Part shown: positions 1 through 14,567 of the stretch, piece after piece
Numbering within the stretch: position 1 is the stretch's first letter
How the letters are laid out: every line of letters begins with the position of its first letter
Assembly: GCA_002633005.1 (NCBI GenBank)
Contig: NMRA01000349.1
Span: forward strand, 368,684 to 432,683
Direction: 5' to 3'
From: Phoronis australis
Taxonomy: Eukaryota > Animalia > Phoronida
Length of the DNA stretch: 64,000 nucleotides
Program-made: the position numbers and the translations under genes
Notes under the pieces: generated by a model
The model's database searches: none
Told to the model about the DNA's origin: nothing
Seen by the model: the letters and a program-made list of their open reading frames with translations, nothing else

Positions 1-1465
1 GGCAGGCTCATCTTCAGATACGCTCAGTGTGCGTACATTAGGAATATTTCCACAGGTACACCTAAGGCATACATTCAGGAAAATATGCAAGGTTGAATTC
101 TAAGTTTCCCTAATTTCATTGGAAACAGAGACGAAAACCGTAGCTATAAGTTGCTTTCCCATTAGGAGAATTCCAGTCTATCGCAACTCCACCGCAACTC
201 CACCGCAACTCCACTCACCTTTCTCATTGACTGGTGACATTAGGGTACCGTTAGTTCTCTGGATTAAACACCAGATGGCGTGTTTGAATGGCACTCTCGA
301 ACTAATGGATTCGACTTTAGTTAACATCGCCAGCCATTTGTGATGAATAATGCCAAACTGATACAGCGTTAATCTGTGTCAGATTTCTCTTTGCATATTC
401 CTTCACATGCGACTATTAAGAGTGGGAATAACAAATGTCTTGTTGAATCTCGCGACCTCTTGTAATTACTCCATCTGAAGTGGAGTTAATGTTTCCAACT
501 ATAGCAGAGCTTTATCACAAAGTGGAACTATGCAAAATAGGTGTTGCTGGTGTTGGTTGGAAAGTGATAAAAGTGTGTATTAAATTATAAACTGCTACCT
601 GTGGACACAATCATACTTTACAATGTTGTGTATTGACTGACCCTCATGGTTTCAATTTGCTCCCCAAGTCCAGTATTGATTTACCCAGATGTATATTCAG
701 GTCACTTGCAAAAACTTCTGGTCTCCACTGTAAACTCACGTTTTCCAAATGTACATCAGGAGCTTGTGAAGAAACCCTCTGGTACCTAACTCACCATGCC
801 AAGTTTACTTATGACTGAGACCAGCTAGCCCACGATCTTACCATAATTGTATACCCATCATCTCTCTAATGGTAGCAATGTTATTCTTCCATTTCCGATG
901 GGAAATGGCATTATCAATACCGGCACACGTGGACATGACAAGCAGCAAATTGGATAAAAAACAGAAATTCGGATTTGCCAAAACAGGTTTTTGTATTTGT
1001 GAAAAGGGAAAGGGTCTGCAGATTGATTGCTGTTTATTAAACATATTTTATAGAGATTGGTATGCTTTACCAACCATAGATATCATTGCATATTAAGAAA
1101 GCCTGGTAATTTAGAGCTGTTTAAGGGAAAATACCATTATATTGGAACATTCGCCAGTTTATTTTGTGGATAATATTTTGTTGACGAAATGACTGTGTTT
1201 ATTCCCCAGCAGAAGCAAACCCTTTTTCGCGGTTAGATAATCCTGTGTCAAGTTGTTCTCTTCCACTGGAATTCATGGGAAGTTTCAGCAGCACAAGAAC
1301 ATGCATTCGCTGTTGTTGATTGATGTGATGCATGCCTGAAAGAACGTTAAAGTCTCAAGGAAATGTCAACGAAGTCCCTGGCAAATTCAACAGAAAACCC
1401 TTGATAGAGTATGAGCATTTTGTTGAAAATTTTACGTGATGGTGATTGTGTGTTTTTTTTTACAG

Positions 1466-1628
1466 ATGTTACACATGCATGTCTCATCCGTGGACAAGTT
1501 GCCCCTGACGACAGCCGGCTCACCCCTCCAGATACGCACGAAGACGTTCATGTGCGTTACATTCGTCATTCCCCGAGAGCGAGACTGTCATGACATCTAC
1601 ATGACCCTGTTGGCATTGTCCAAACCAG
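1466..1628 (+). CDS. MTMR6/7/8: MTMR6/7/8-like myotubularin, internal exon (PH-GRAM C-terminal part); upstream exons lie outside the window
   Basis: tttttacAG|ATG...CCAG|GTgag, 163 nt. Encodes MLHMHVSSVDKLPLTTAGSPLQIRTKTFMCVTFVIPRERDCHDIYMTLLALSKP, with the PRERDCHDIY signature of MTMR6-8. Confidence 0.95.
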
Positions 1629-3689
1629 GTGAGTGTCACCTGCAGTGCGACTGACAGTATGTCATTATGGCTACAGTGTCAGACTGGTCTTCATCTTCAG
1701 ACTGGTGTGATACCCACTGTGTCATTGGCTTAATAGCTTCAGTCATGACATATTATCATGACGTCCTCCCTGGCTGCCATGATTTGGACTGTAACAGTGC
1801 CTGTAAATGCGTTTAGCGCGGGTCTTTGTTTTGTTTAATGACATTCACTGCATGATCTATGATTTGATGTGCATTTGTCTTTACTTTATGAACTTTTTAG
1901 TGGATGGAATCTTACTAAGTTAAGCTCGTACTCACGATACCAAGAATGTAATAAAGATTTGGCCACGCACAGTGCGGAAAGCGGCGATACCTAAAGTATC
2001 CAACTACTATGGGTTTTATAGGGTATTAGAACTCTCTCAATCATATTACTAGTATTTTTGTAGTTGTTGTTTTTGTTATTGTTATTACATGTAATATATA
2101 ATTTATAGTGTACGAGTGAAAAACCGTTCATCTTCAGTCAAGAGCAGTTGTAAGATAATTGTCTGCTTAACCCACTTTCTTATTTGTTAAATTCTGCTTT
2201 GTTTTTAAAGCCAGTATGGGCTTGTCTTCAATCAAAAGAATAACTTTTGATTTGGCATGCCAATGTCATAAAACTAGTCTGCATTGTTTTTTACTCAGGT
2301 TAGAAGTGGTTTCTAGAGGGAGGGATTTTCCCCTCATTGGACAAAATTACCCTATTGTAAAGCACAGGTACCTGTCTCTCCTAAGGTTATCGATGGCCTT
2401 GTCTTTAATTCGACATTTGTTGCAGTAATTTTTAGCTTTTCAAACATTGAAAACAACGTTTTTTCATGAGCTTGTGATTTTTAAACACATTCTCACTTGA
2501 AAAGTTCTAACATGGATTTAATTAGTTGTTTAAAGCATACATTACAATTAGACAAAACATTAATTAGACATAATACCATTTTCCCATTGTGGCCACTAAT
2601 TCCGTTAGCAACAAAAATTTCAGGTAATAACTATTGGGGCAGTAAAGTTCTAACTGCAGAATGGCTGAGGCACATTTCTAACTTTACCGTTTATTCCCCT
2701 TCGTTCTGAGTCATGAGAAACGACTGCACTGACGCGGATTTCTGGGCCATTTTTTCTGTATACATCTGGCTTGCACTATGCATTCTTTGATCGCGCGAGA
2801 CATCAAACGTTTTCAACGCACGCAGTGTACGCTCTGCTTCCTTCCTTCCAATACTGGGCTCATAGGAAGCTGTGACTTGTTAGACGTTATTCATTAGCCC
2901 AGTGTCATTAACGCCACTGATAGATCCGTCTCTGTCCAGACGCAGCAGGCCTACTCCGCTTTGATTACTGGTGCGCGTAGTTGCCATCATCAAAAGTTAT
3001 TATCTAGTCTAAAAAGTGTAGTTAATTACTCGCGGATTTTCTTGCCTTATTCATGCGGTGTTATTAGAGGCAACTGCGACCGGGTGGTGGATTACTAATT
3101 GCTGGCTCATCCTTATTTCTATGTCTGATTGGTTTGGCTAATACTTGAATGTATACAGTTCAATCCTGTCATGAACATCTGAGAGATATGGCGAATAATC
3201 ACTTCAGTGTTACGTGTACTTCACAATACTGGAAAATGTTGGCTAAATTCATACAGCAACTTATGCCAGACGAACACAGTAACAATTCTGTCATGAACAG
3301 CTGAAGGATAGGTGCTCAGTTTTATCGTTTGGCAGTAAAAATGATAGCGACATACCCAGCAAGTGAAAGTAATCTGTAACTGTAGTTGTTATCATGAATT
3401 TATAGAAAGGAAGATTACTACGCGAGAACATGCAATTTGCTCCTTGTGTGAAATTTTGCACAGCACAATCCATTGACTCGTCTTGTCCCATGTGGAATTA
3501 GGAGTCTTAACTCGTTATTTTAAGGAAGAAAAACGAAGGGTTTTCGTAGAACCTCCCAAAATATGAACCAGTTTGATTTTCAAAGATTGTGCTGCCTATT
3601 GCTTAGTAAATACGTGATTGTTCGTCAACTGTGAATGGTGAACATACCTTGGACATCTTTTATTAAAGCACGTATTGAGTAATGTAGGG

Positions 3690-4207
3690 TAGGGTGTCCC
3701 AAAAATGTGCGGAAGATACATGGGAGTACGAATGGTAGAAAATTTCTGCGAACTTATGGTGTTTTTTCAGTTTTCTGGGTGTGCCAAATTTTTGTTGAAA
3801 GGTACAGAAGTTTGCAAAATTGCCCCTGCGGACTACAGTTGCAGAGAAACAGCAAATGGATTCTCCAGACTGTGCTGTGGACGACTCTTTTACACCCTTC
3901 GCATGCTTCACAGAGTGAGCACGTCTAATTCTTTAAATTTCCATTGAAGAAAACATGGAAATAGTCCTGTGAAATATTCTCCTTTTGCAACAGATTTGAT
4001 GAAAAATCCTAGATATCTATGCTGGAGCTGCTTTTGGGTTGAAACTAAAAAAATGCAATTAGAGAAAACTGTGTCATTTTTTCTAACTTGTATACATTGC
4101 AAAACAAACTATGAGCTTCCTAGAATAAGCGAAATGAAATTAATTCCCAATAAAACCATTTTCCGTTACTCCCTAGAATAGTTTTGTTCTCATTTTAGAA
4201 CACCCTG
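3690..4207. mobile_element. Tc1/mariner-like MITE
   Basis: Imperfect TIRs agggtgtcccaaaa ... ttttagaacaccct. The same terminal motif recurs at 6421, 6485 and 6541. Confidence 0.55.
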
Positions 4208-6540
4208 TGTATATGTGAGCAGACTACAGAAAATATGAAATTGTAAAGTCAACCTAACATTGGTTGAAAATTGATGAGTTTACTTGGAATTTAATTAAAT
4301 CTTGGTCAATGAATTACTTAATGAATGACAATTTGATATATGACTATCCTCGGCTGTTATTCTTACTCTCATACATTATTAATGTATTTGTTGTAGCCAC
4401 AATATCAGCCATTGATTGCTTGTCTTGTGTTTAGAAGCAATGACTATTTATTAGTGAAGTTACCTAGTATGAACAAAAGATGGCGTTGCTGATGAATGAG
4501 AGAAAGCCACTGAAGGCCAGCTACAGAGGATGCTGTGTGTGGCACATAGTTAATGTTCTCTTGAATGCATGGCTTCATTTGTTTCTGAGGAATTCTGCCT
4601 TCACATTGTATTCGTTTAACACAGGCTTAGGAACACCATTCTCCTCTGAAAGTATTGTACGTGTCTGAAAGTCCATGTCCATATCTTGGGGATTTTTTGT
4701 ATACCTTGGAATCCGAGCACTCATCTAGTGCCAGTAGCCCAGAATATTTTCTTGATGGATGACTAGTCCCCCTTAAGTTTAATGTCTCTGCACAAGTTTT
4801 CAAACTCAACACAAGTAATCCAAACTTGTCAAGATGAAATTCAAACTTGTTACTGCAACTTGTCAAAACAGGTTGTCTACACTGGTGCAGCCAGGTAGCC
4901 AGGTGTGCATGGCTGGACATTGAAATAGAGAGCTAGGAATCGGTGTAGGTAAATAACTAAACCTCGCTCTTTCAGTTAAATTGAACTCTTGTTACAATGA
5001 AATTTATACCATGATGTAGTAGAGCCCGCTATTGGCTGTTTTTCGTCACCCCTCGTATTGAAGTGACACCTGCCTAGAACACTATGGACACTTAAAAGAA
5101 AGAAAATTTTCACTTGACAATTTTAGCAGCAGAATAACCACAAATTTTTAGCACTGTCTTATATCTAAGCCAATTTACTCAAGGGAGAGTCTTTAAAGCA
5201 TGTAAGTTGATGTCAGATTTTACTCACATTTACCCTGATCGCTTTCCTATTATGGAAACTCTGGTCTCTCAAATCTCCATCACGTCTCCTCTGTTACTTT
5301 TCTCATTGACTCTTCTCCAGTGACGTCACAGTTATCGCTACTTCTCCGGATTAAACACCAGATGGCGCAGTTGATTTACACTCACTTATATCTCTTCTGC
5401 AATTTCTCCAATCAAACTGCAATTACAGGGTACCTGTGGCTTGCCGCAGCTTGATCCATCCAATTTGATGGGAGATGCTATGGATATTTAAGGTTCTGTA
5501 GGACCCTAGAAAAGTTTGGCTATCTTTGGATCATGATATCTCATAAATGGCCAATCGGATTTATATGAAATTTTCAGATATTGTACTGTATGTGCTTTAA
5601 TCCGAAGAACTATCAGAAATTTTTTAAAAGGATTGCTCTTTGGTATGAGGAGCTATCAAAATGATTTTCGTTAAAAAATCAGAAGTTGCACGAAACAAAA
5701 ATGAAACTACAATTTAGGAAATTGTAACTGTTAAACAGCGTTTTTTGAAATTGCATTTTGAGCGTTTATATCTAAGAAAATTTGGTTACTGATGCCGCAG
5801 TTAGGATTTCCCACTGACCAAAACTCCTCAAAACGAGAGAGTTGCTGAATCGGTGGGAAAGCGACATTAGAATTGAATCACAGGGTTGGTGAGAATGGAT
5901 ATTGTGTTGTTGACATTGAGGGTGAAGCTTAACTGATGACATTAATTATATTGCTTGTCAGTTGATCTGTAATGCCAGTCATTTCAACTGGAGATACGTC
6001 AGCGGGGAAATAAAGTACACCAACAACCGATTGACTTCTGGTGTTAACAACGCTAACCACTTACTGATGTTCCATTGATCTATTCAGTAATGCCCATGTC
6101 AGCAGTGCATGATACTCGCTGAACACTTGTCAAGATCTATCTGATGCCAGATTCACCAATGACTAGTGCTTTTAAAATCAATTACGCCCTCTGTATTCAA
6201 TCAATGGAATTGTTCCTGTTGACATCCTGAAATCCTGTTCTGTGTGCTGTTCATGCCCTTGCCTAAATTTCACAGTTGTAAAAACTGCCAGCACAATACA
6301 CCGTATGCATTTTGAAGTACTTAGTCGTACAATTTAGACGCCAGTTTTGTGAAGAATTTCTAGAAAGTTCTCCTAATAACTGAAATGTAATCTAATTAGA
6401 CCATATTATGCTGCTATATACAGGGTGTCTCAAAATCTGTCTTCATCCCAAGACTTAGCCTATGCTGGTATATATATATATATGCAGGGTGTCCCAAAAT
6501 TCGTCCTCATCCTAGGACTTCACCTATACTGGTATGTGTA

Positions 6541-6945
6541 CAAGGTGTCCCAAAGTTCCTTGTACACATCAAATGACAGTAATTCCATTGTTTATTGTCC
6601 TAGGAACATGATTACCAGGTTATATTCATAAAGAGGTGATCAAAAAAGTAATTAAGTTTTTCAACCAAAACAACTGATATAAACTTAAGAAGAAGATTAA
6701 TTGCATGTAGCACTTTCTTAACATTTCTGAGTTTCCTGTAGCATTGCGAGATAAATTTTCGTTCTCTAAAACTTAGTCATTTGTTTGCCGTTCCCATGCA
6801 AAAGGAACACGGGACGTCTCAAGTACCTACTTGCACAGCTAGATGTATCCATACAATAGGCCCTGGCTCACTGTCTGATCCATGGGAACTGAATTGGAAT
6901 TCCCAGCATTGTAGTGAAGTGTGGGAATATCTTCAAGGCACCTTG
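6541..6945. mobile_element. Tc1/mariner-like MITE
   Basis: ta|caaggtgtcc ... ggcaccttg|ta: terminal inverted repeats with TA flanks. Confidence 0.55.
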
Positions 6946-9582
6946 TATATATATATAAGGCTGTCTCCTTACTGTATATAGATTTTGAGGAATACACCCA
7001 AAAATAATCGCACCCACACATCTGACCAGCTTTCTGCATTTTAAAAGCACATGGTTGAATTTGCCGAACTCAAACATTGTACGATTGAAATTTTATAAGA
7101 TACTTTGCCAGATCAGATTATCACAAATTTTTCTCAGATCTACATATGATGGATTATTTTTCACTCTTGTTTTGGAGGGACCTCACCTTGTAATTATTCT
7201 GCTGTTCTCCATTTTCTAGGAAAGCCATCATTTTCCTGTCCTACTTGTTCAATATGTTTTTCAAAACACAATGACCTGCAGATGCATCTAACAACTTTTT
7301 TATGTTACTTTCAGTGTTATGAGAGTTATTGTAAATAGAGTAGAAATTTAAGTAGTATCTGGAAATTGGCTAACGAATAGCCAAGTGTCCCATATAAACA
7401 TAGAATTATCAATTCATCTGAGAAATTAATGGGAATGAATTAGTTCTACTCATTTTGCTGCAATGATTTTTTCATCCACAATTCTTTTTTTTGCTAATTC
7501 TGTTTTCTTTTCCTCCCTAAGTACTCATCTAATGATCAACTTGTTATATTCAAGCTCTCTTGTGGTTCTCATTTATTGATTCATGAAAGGGGGACGCCAC
7601 ATATCATGTTTCTGGTTCAATAAACCACGATTGCCCGACAAACGGTGTCTGCTCTCAATCCGTGGAGGAAACTAGTCCAATATTCTTGTACCTTGCCATC
7701 AGTTCCTGTCTTTTGCTTTCATTTTCTATTTGATTTTTTATGTATATAGTCTTGAGTTCTCGTCAAACATTGTGGAGTTCTTTTAAATGGTAAATTAAAA
7801 TGTATCGTTAGTAATGCACCGGCTTGGTAATAAATTTGGCTTAGACCACATGTCATGGTAAAAGTCTTTAGTATTTGAAAGTAATGTGGCAGCCCAGTGG
7901 GATTTAATTTTATTTTGTGAAATTTCTTAACAAAAAATAACCTTCAAGATATATTTAGTCTCTTGTTGATATGGTTTCTGTAGTGTAGCTGTTACCAAGC
8001 AACATTCGCTAATATTTTTAGTGTTTGTTGTGATGTAGTAAGCCTTTAGAAAATAGAAAAACGTTAGTTTTAGGAATTATTTGATGAATTTTTATCGTAA
8101 TTTTTCTAAACCAGAGTGGATTCTTTGGATCAAAGGACATTTAAGGCCTTGTGTTGAATTGTAAAATCTGTGTTCTTTTTTAAGTTTCCTTTAACTTCTG
8201 AATTATTGGCAACCCACTGGCTCTAATACGGTACCACTCAACTGTTTGGTATCTGCAGGTGACTGGCATGTCATCTGCAACAGGTCACTGCACCACCCAC
8301 TGTTGCATACCTAGTAATCTTTTTGGGGGGTTTCGTGTTCATTTCCTTAGTTTATGGTATGCTGCAAATGTTTAATTAAAACTTTTCCGCTTTCTGTTTT
8401 TATCTTAAAAAACACCATTAGTGTGGAGTATAGTTCACGGGTCGTGTCGGCGATACCTCGACTGTGTGACTATGCCAAAGTATGGAATTCGGTTTATCAT
8501 GCATTGCAGCATCCCAGAATTTAATTAACCTAACTTCGATGCATTACACTGGGGAATTCAGTGGGTAAACAGACAGAGATTATGGGGTCAAGCATTCAAG
8601 ATATAAAACACTTCCTGAATTAGCACTTGTTCACGAGGAGTGATATACTACTGGCTATTGCCTCTGATGTTCTACTCTAGTCATTCTAATATATTGTGTG
8701 CTGCTGTTAAAAGTGCAGTGGTGTGTCAATGATTCTGTCACCTAGCGGTGCATTGTTGGCTCTGTGTGGAGGTGCGTTAATAGCCTGCATCAGGCCACCA
8801 GTGCAGTACACAGTCAGATATTGATTGGGCTGGTGCTCGCTGTTTGTTCTAGTCATTTGTATTGATGAGGCATTTGTTAGTTGCCAGAGAACGACCAGAC
8901 CTGGTCAGGCTGCTTGGAAATTGGGAAGTAGAGCGCACTGGTGACTGTCATAGAGTATGGTAGACAGGGAGTGAGGGAGAGTCCTCAGTGGTCTTTGACT
9001 GTGGCAGATGTAGATTGTTGACAAGACCTGGTGGTTCACCTCTGGATGCCACTGCCAATGTTAATTTCCCTGGACATCAACTGGTTATCACACTATAACT
9101 ATCTTCCAACAGTTCAACAGCTAGGCCTAATCTTCATCAGCTGCTCACCAGGCGTATGGCATCGAAGTAAAAGGATTCTTAGGTGTACTTTTTTCTCTGA
9201 TTACCATGGGAATTGGTTCAGTTTGAGGTCATCAACGAATGTGGGACATTACTGACTGGCTTCATGTTTATCGTCCTCATTGACAATTGGCCTTGTACTC
9301 GTAACGAAAGTTATTAATAAGAAATTGATCGGAAACCGTCCATTGTATGCGACTGTGCCTATTCGCATGTGACTATGCAATAGCCAGCACCTCAAGGTAT
9401 CTGTGTTGATGTTAGCTGTCTCTTCATTGTGTGATATTATGCAAAAGACATGGTGATTTATGTTGACTTTGTTATTGGCCAGAAGTGTGTGTAATGACTC
9501 GTAAGTTGAAGCAGACGGACTTGGACTCGACACTAGTACCTGATGATCTATCAGAAAACGGTCTCGCTAAGAATCACAGCCA

Positions 9583-9748
9583 ATGTTTTGGAAGTTTTTT
9601 CTAAGGCTGTCGAATTTAGACATGGATTTAAAGAACATGTTTGCCTTCGTTGAAATGTCTCGCAAAAGACTCGATGGCTTGGATTTGAAAAAGTATTTTC
9701 ACTCACTTTTGGGATCTAAAAAGGAGGATAAATCCAAGACAAAACCTT
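9583..9748 (+). CDS. Candidate alternative first coding exon of the MTMR gene
   Basis: ATG at 9583 opens 55 codons (MFWKFFLRLSNLDMDLKNMFAFVEMSRKRLDGLDLKKYFHSLLGSKKEDKSKTKP) ending at T|GTAAGT, a consensus phase-1 donor compatible with the acceptor at 14413. Confidence 0.45.
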
Positions 9749-10886
9749 GTAAGTAACTATTTTGGTAATTTGTCAGTAACTTTACGTGTGTGAACGTCTG
9801 CTGTTACTCCGTGTTTTGGAGATCACTGGTAATCGTTAATGGGTTGGGTTTTGCATACAGTATGCATTATGATTTTAAATGTTTGTCATTAAGTATCACT
9901 TGATTTATTCCAGAGTAGCTCTGAACTGAATGATCGATACTTGTATCGCTCAAAAGTGATTGAAATGGAAGTGAATGCACTGCATAGCTTTCATAAATAA
10001 ATGTTAAAGGGCATTATTATTGCAGTAGTAGTGGTAGTGGAATAAATTTGTTAAATAATTACCGTATATTGGATGGTAATAAATACTCAATTTCCAGCAT
10101 AAAGTTAGTGTAGGACAGAATGCTTGTGTGGGAAAGTGTTTCATTGAATTAGGGAACTGGCTCAGTTATCATCAGGGCCTAAATTCATAACATAAATTTT
10201 CCGACTAATAATTCAAATTTTGTCCACATTTATAATACAGATATACAGCTCGGTAAAAACTGCGCATATCTAACTATGTACGTTATGCTATAGTGTCTCT
10301 CTTTCAATTTTAACGAACCGCATTTTGAAAGTTCAACAGAAAATAAGGGAACATTTTTGAAAATGAAAAAGTGCATTGTCAGTTACATTTTTTTGTGTTG
10401 ATGGTGTGGAAATGGAATTTGTATCACTTGTATTGCATCTGTGATAATTTATCCAAAAAGTACAGGATATCAGGCGGAAATAGCAGCAAAAATTGGTTCT
10501 CGTCTATACCCCGACTCGTTTTAAGACCTGCACTCAACAACTGAAAAAATGCCCACTGGTATTAATTTCTGCTAAGGCTTAGCGTGTTTGTTTTTGAAAC
10601 GCTGCACAAATGCACATTACGAAGGGTAAGCAAGGTTTGAAAGGCCATGACTTGCCAAGCGATAAGTATAAAAATACTCCATCATTTTTTCTCATCTTGC
10701 ACGAATTTTCTTTTTTGAAAAGGCAAGCTAAGCCAACTAAAGAAAACACCGCATCACGGACTCAATATTCAAAAACAAACAAGGATCAGACATGATTGTC
10801 TTTTTTACCCTGTCGACCATGTGAGCATGAAGTGGCGTATAAGTTTTAAGAACAAGTTTTGTGGCAAATCATCCTTCTCAAGTAAG

Positions 10887-11194
10887 AGTAGTGATATGGT
10901 ATTGAGGAATAACGCTGTTAGTGTTAGTAGTGATATGGTATTGAGGAATAACGCTGTTAGTGTTAGTAGTGATATGGTATTGAGGAATAACGCTGTTAGT
11001 GTTAGTAGTGATATGGTATTGAGGAATAACGCTGTTAGTGTTAGTAGTGATATGGTATTGAGGAATAACAGTGTTAGTAGTGATATGGTATTGAGGAATA
11101 ACAGTGTTAGTGTTAGTAGTGATATGGTATTGAGGAATAACACCGTTATTGTTAGTAGTGATATGGTATTGAGGAATAACACTGTTAGTGTTAG
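10887..11194. repeat. 39-bp minisatellite, about 8 units
   Basis: Unit agtagtgatatggtattgaggaataacgctgttagtgtt, with one 33-bp unit. Confidence 0.95.
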
Positions 11195-14100
11195 ATACGG
11201 TTACGTGAACCTACCACTGCAAGTCTCGCAACTTTGCAGGGTATGTGGTTGTGTGAAGGTCCTACACTCCGCAGAATTTTTATTTTCTAATTGATAGTAC
11301 AAATTATCTTTGAAAACAACCGCGCTTGGTTAGCCTTGGTATGTTGAAGTACCATAGTGTTTAGTTTCAATTACCTCAATATCTTAGCATAGTTAGAAGT
11401 AAGCAAATACACATTACTTGTAATGATTTCTAATGTGATGTGCTTGCCAACTGTGGAAATCAGTGTGAATCCAAGTGGTAGTTCTTGACCAGATTTGTTC
11501 TTGTGGTGTCTTCTCTGTTCAGCTTAATGCTATGTGTTTGTAACGATCTGTTGTGCACACCTTTGGTTCCTTCTTGGTCCTTCCGTTTGCTTGCGTGATC
11601 TGATCACAGCTGACAAATTCAGTGCAAAGTGCCGCTTGTGTAATCTTTTAAAATCCTTTGTCTTGACTCCTACCTTGTTGCAGTGGAAATTTTATTGGTA
11701 TATGTCATGGAATCCGATTATGTAGTCGAATTAGGCTGTATTTAGGCTGTATTTACACTGGAGACAGTTGTCTGGGAGCAACTAGGAACAGCTGATTGGG
11801 CGCAGATACGAGTGACTTGCATTCCATGTGGTTTGGATGTTCACTATGGTTTATGCAAGCCTGAGCTGACAGTCTTCATATAAATGACTCATGCTGATCT
11901 AGTTTGTGATCTAATATGTAAATGTGTTTGAAGAGGAGCAAGTTGCGCCTTGGCAACTCACACTATGACAACTGTTCCTCATGTAAAAACAGCTTTAGAC
12001 AGTCGTGTGCGACATTTTTGTAGGAAATCATATATGGCAAATTGGAGTTTATAGACATGAGGCCTAACTGGAGAGTGTATTGTACGTTGTAGCACCTGTT
12101 ATTGATAAGTTGCGTCCTCTGTTGTAGCCCAAGAAGTATTCAACCGGAGAGGCAAACGTAAAATTGTTGGCGTCCATGAGGGGGATGAGTCTACCTTTGG
12201 CCATTTTGTTTGACTCTGTTTCTGCGAAGTTCCTTGATAGATTTTCATGAAATTTGGCAAATAGATTTTATTAAGAAGGCGACGATGCCATTCCATTCTT
12301 TGCCACCCAATGATCAATTTTATTGTTTTCAAGTCTGTTTTTTGGCGTCCACCTCTCTATCTGCCAAACCACGCAAAATGTCGTTATGAAAATTAAGGGC
12401 ATTTTATGTTTACCTCTGTATTTTTAAGTTCCTTGTCAGATTTATAGGACTTATGTAGCAAATAGTTTCCTATCTGGGAGTCCTTGCCTTCTCATTTTCG
12501 AAATGTTTAACGTGTTCTGCGCCATCTAGTGGCCATTTTTGTGATACTGGTAAACACCCCTAGAAGTTTACAGTGCAGATGTGGATGCATTTTTGGTCTT
12601 GTTACAATGAATGAGGTGGTGTGTCTATGGCAGTGACGGTGTCAATCACTTGTTACACTCGCACCAACTCCCCCAGAATCTAAGACTATGATAAGCATTC
12701 AGTAATAATTATTGAATTTCATTTCCAATTGATTTTTTCGGAACAATCCTTAAACCTTCGTCAAATTGCACTCAGTGTGTCAACATTTTCTAATTAGAAA
12801 TTGTCAGGAATAAAAGTCTCAAGACTGTTGATTCTATGAAAGCGCGGTAGCTTTTGTTGTAGACTGAAAAGCGTGTCAGAAAAGGTTGTTGCACTTTGCA
12901 TTGGTGTTGCACGAAAGACATTCATTTACAAAACAAGAACTCAATTAGTCACATCAATGATGTCTGATTGTAGTTAGGAAAACATCAAAGAAAAAATGTT
13001 AAAAGTATCTAATTAGTGTAACGTTAGCAGGGTATATATGTGAGAGATTTCCAACCTGTCACTGCCAATCAATAAATAATTTGCAACCCAGCCTGTTTGT
13101 ACCAGGGTCAGTAATTGTTGGTCAGCATTGTATGTATTCATGCTGAGTTGTTAAAACAAATTAAGAACAACAGAGTCATTAGGAGAGTATGCCTGAGTTG
13201 ACAGATTTGAGACAGGGTGTGTTGCCTAGAGCTAGGGGTAGGCAATTGTCTGGCTGCAGTGAAAAGGGATAAGCACTTGAGTCTCTGGGGGCGTTATTGG
13301 AATGCGATCGGTTGTTAATGGGGGTTTTTAGAGGAAGTTATAAGGTTATTTTTTGTGTTACATGTATGTTATAGACCAACAATAGTTAATGAAACATGAA
13401 TAAAACCTTCTTTAATATAATGTTAGGAATGTGAATTTCATTTTATTTATTTCCGTATTTGTTGATTTACTTATTGGTCAACTGCAACTTATGACATTTT
13501 AAAACATGTTTATTTCATGTGATTAAGTTTTTCAAAAATTGATGTTCTTACTTGCTTTCTGTTTTTTGCTATCATGTTCTCATTTGATGAATACAGATTA
13601 AAAATTAAACAAAATTATGTTTTGCTGTCATATTTTATCATTGCAGTCGTGACTGGTTAGGGACTTGAGTCAGATTCACATAAGCATACATTTAAAACAT
13701 TTTAGTCTAAACGTTCAACCTAAAATGTTTTAGCTTAAAAATGCATCCGTTAAATACTACAAACTTGATGTCGCTAAATCGTTTTAGCAGAGTTGACAGC
13801 AGCTGCCATAGTCGGAGGAGATGTTATGTAACCACCTGTATTTACATGGTGTGACAACATTTGTCATGTTTATGTGATCTTGACTCCTTTATCAATGAAA
13901 AAAATCACGCGCTTGTGTGTGATGAAACAGTTATAAATAAAATGTTTTGCTTTCGCATGACAAATTTGAAACCTACTACTTGATGCATTTTAATTTTTGA
14001 AACTCTTTGATGTATGAAGCGATGAATATAAATAGCTATTCAACTTAGAACGTTCTATAGGAAATATCTAAACTTCTCGTCTATTTCCAGCTTTTCACTT

Positions 14101-14412
14101 GCTCTCGGGCTCAGTAATCACGATACAAAATTTCTGGTTATTTTTTTTATTGACAGTAATTTCGTACTAAAATAATTGTCAATGCATGACTACTTTTTGC
14201 TTATAATTGGTACTTTAGCAAATGTTGTTTTGTCACAAACCATGCTTGTAATGGGCTAAAATATTATTAATCTTTACTTTCATGGAGAAATTAACAAAAT
14301 GGATTCTGAATTTCACTTGTTGGCCATATTGTGTGGTAAGTGAGTGAAGAATTGTGGAACTTCTGACATATATAGGTCACTCTGGCTCCAGCCTTCAACT
14401 GTTCTTTTCCAG

Positions 14413-14567
14413 CTTCTATTGAGGATCTGTATGCTTTCCACTACTCCATGCCTGGTGACGTGTCTAAGGGCCATGGCTGGGACATGTACGGCATCAAAAC
14501 AGACTACCTGAGGCAAGGGGTGCCTAATGAGACCTGGTTGTTGACCAACCTCAACAAGGAATATGAG
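14413..14567 (+). CDS. MTMR6/7/8: MTMR6/7/8-like exon
   Basis: cttttccAG|CT...GAG|GT, 155 nt, phase 1 to 0. (A)SIEDLYAFHYSMPGDVSKGHGWDMYGIKTDYLRQGVPNETWLLTNLNKEYE. Confidence 0.95.

Noticed and set aside
9494-9604. Longer start for the alternative exon (MTRKLKQ...)
   Set aside because: It hits TAA at 9602 and is in a different frame from the donor-compatible one, unless the T6 run is a sequencing error.
10805-11294. Repetitive ORFs of 157 aa (+) and 125 aa (-)
   Set aside because: They arise from a stop-free 39-bp minisatellite, and no splice sites link them to the MTMR frame.
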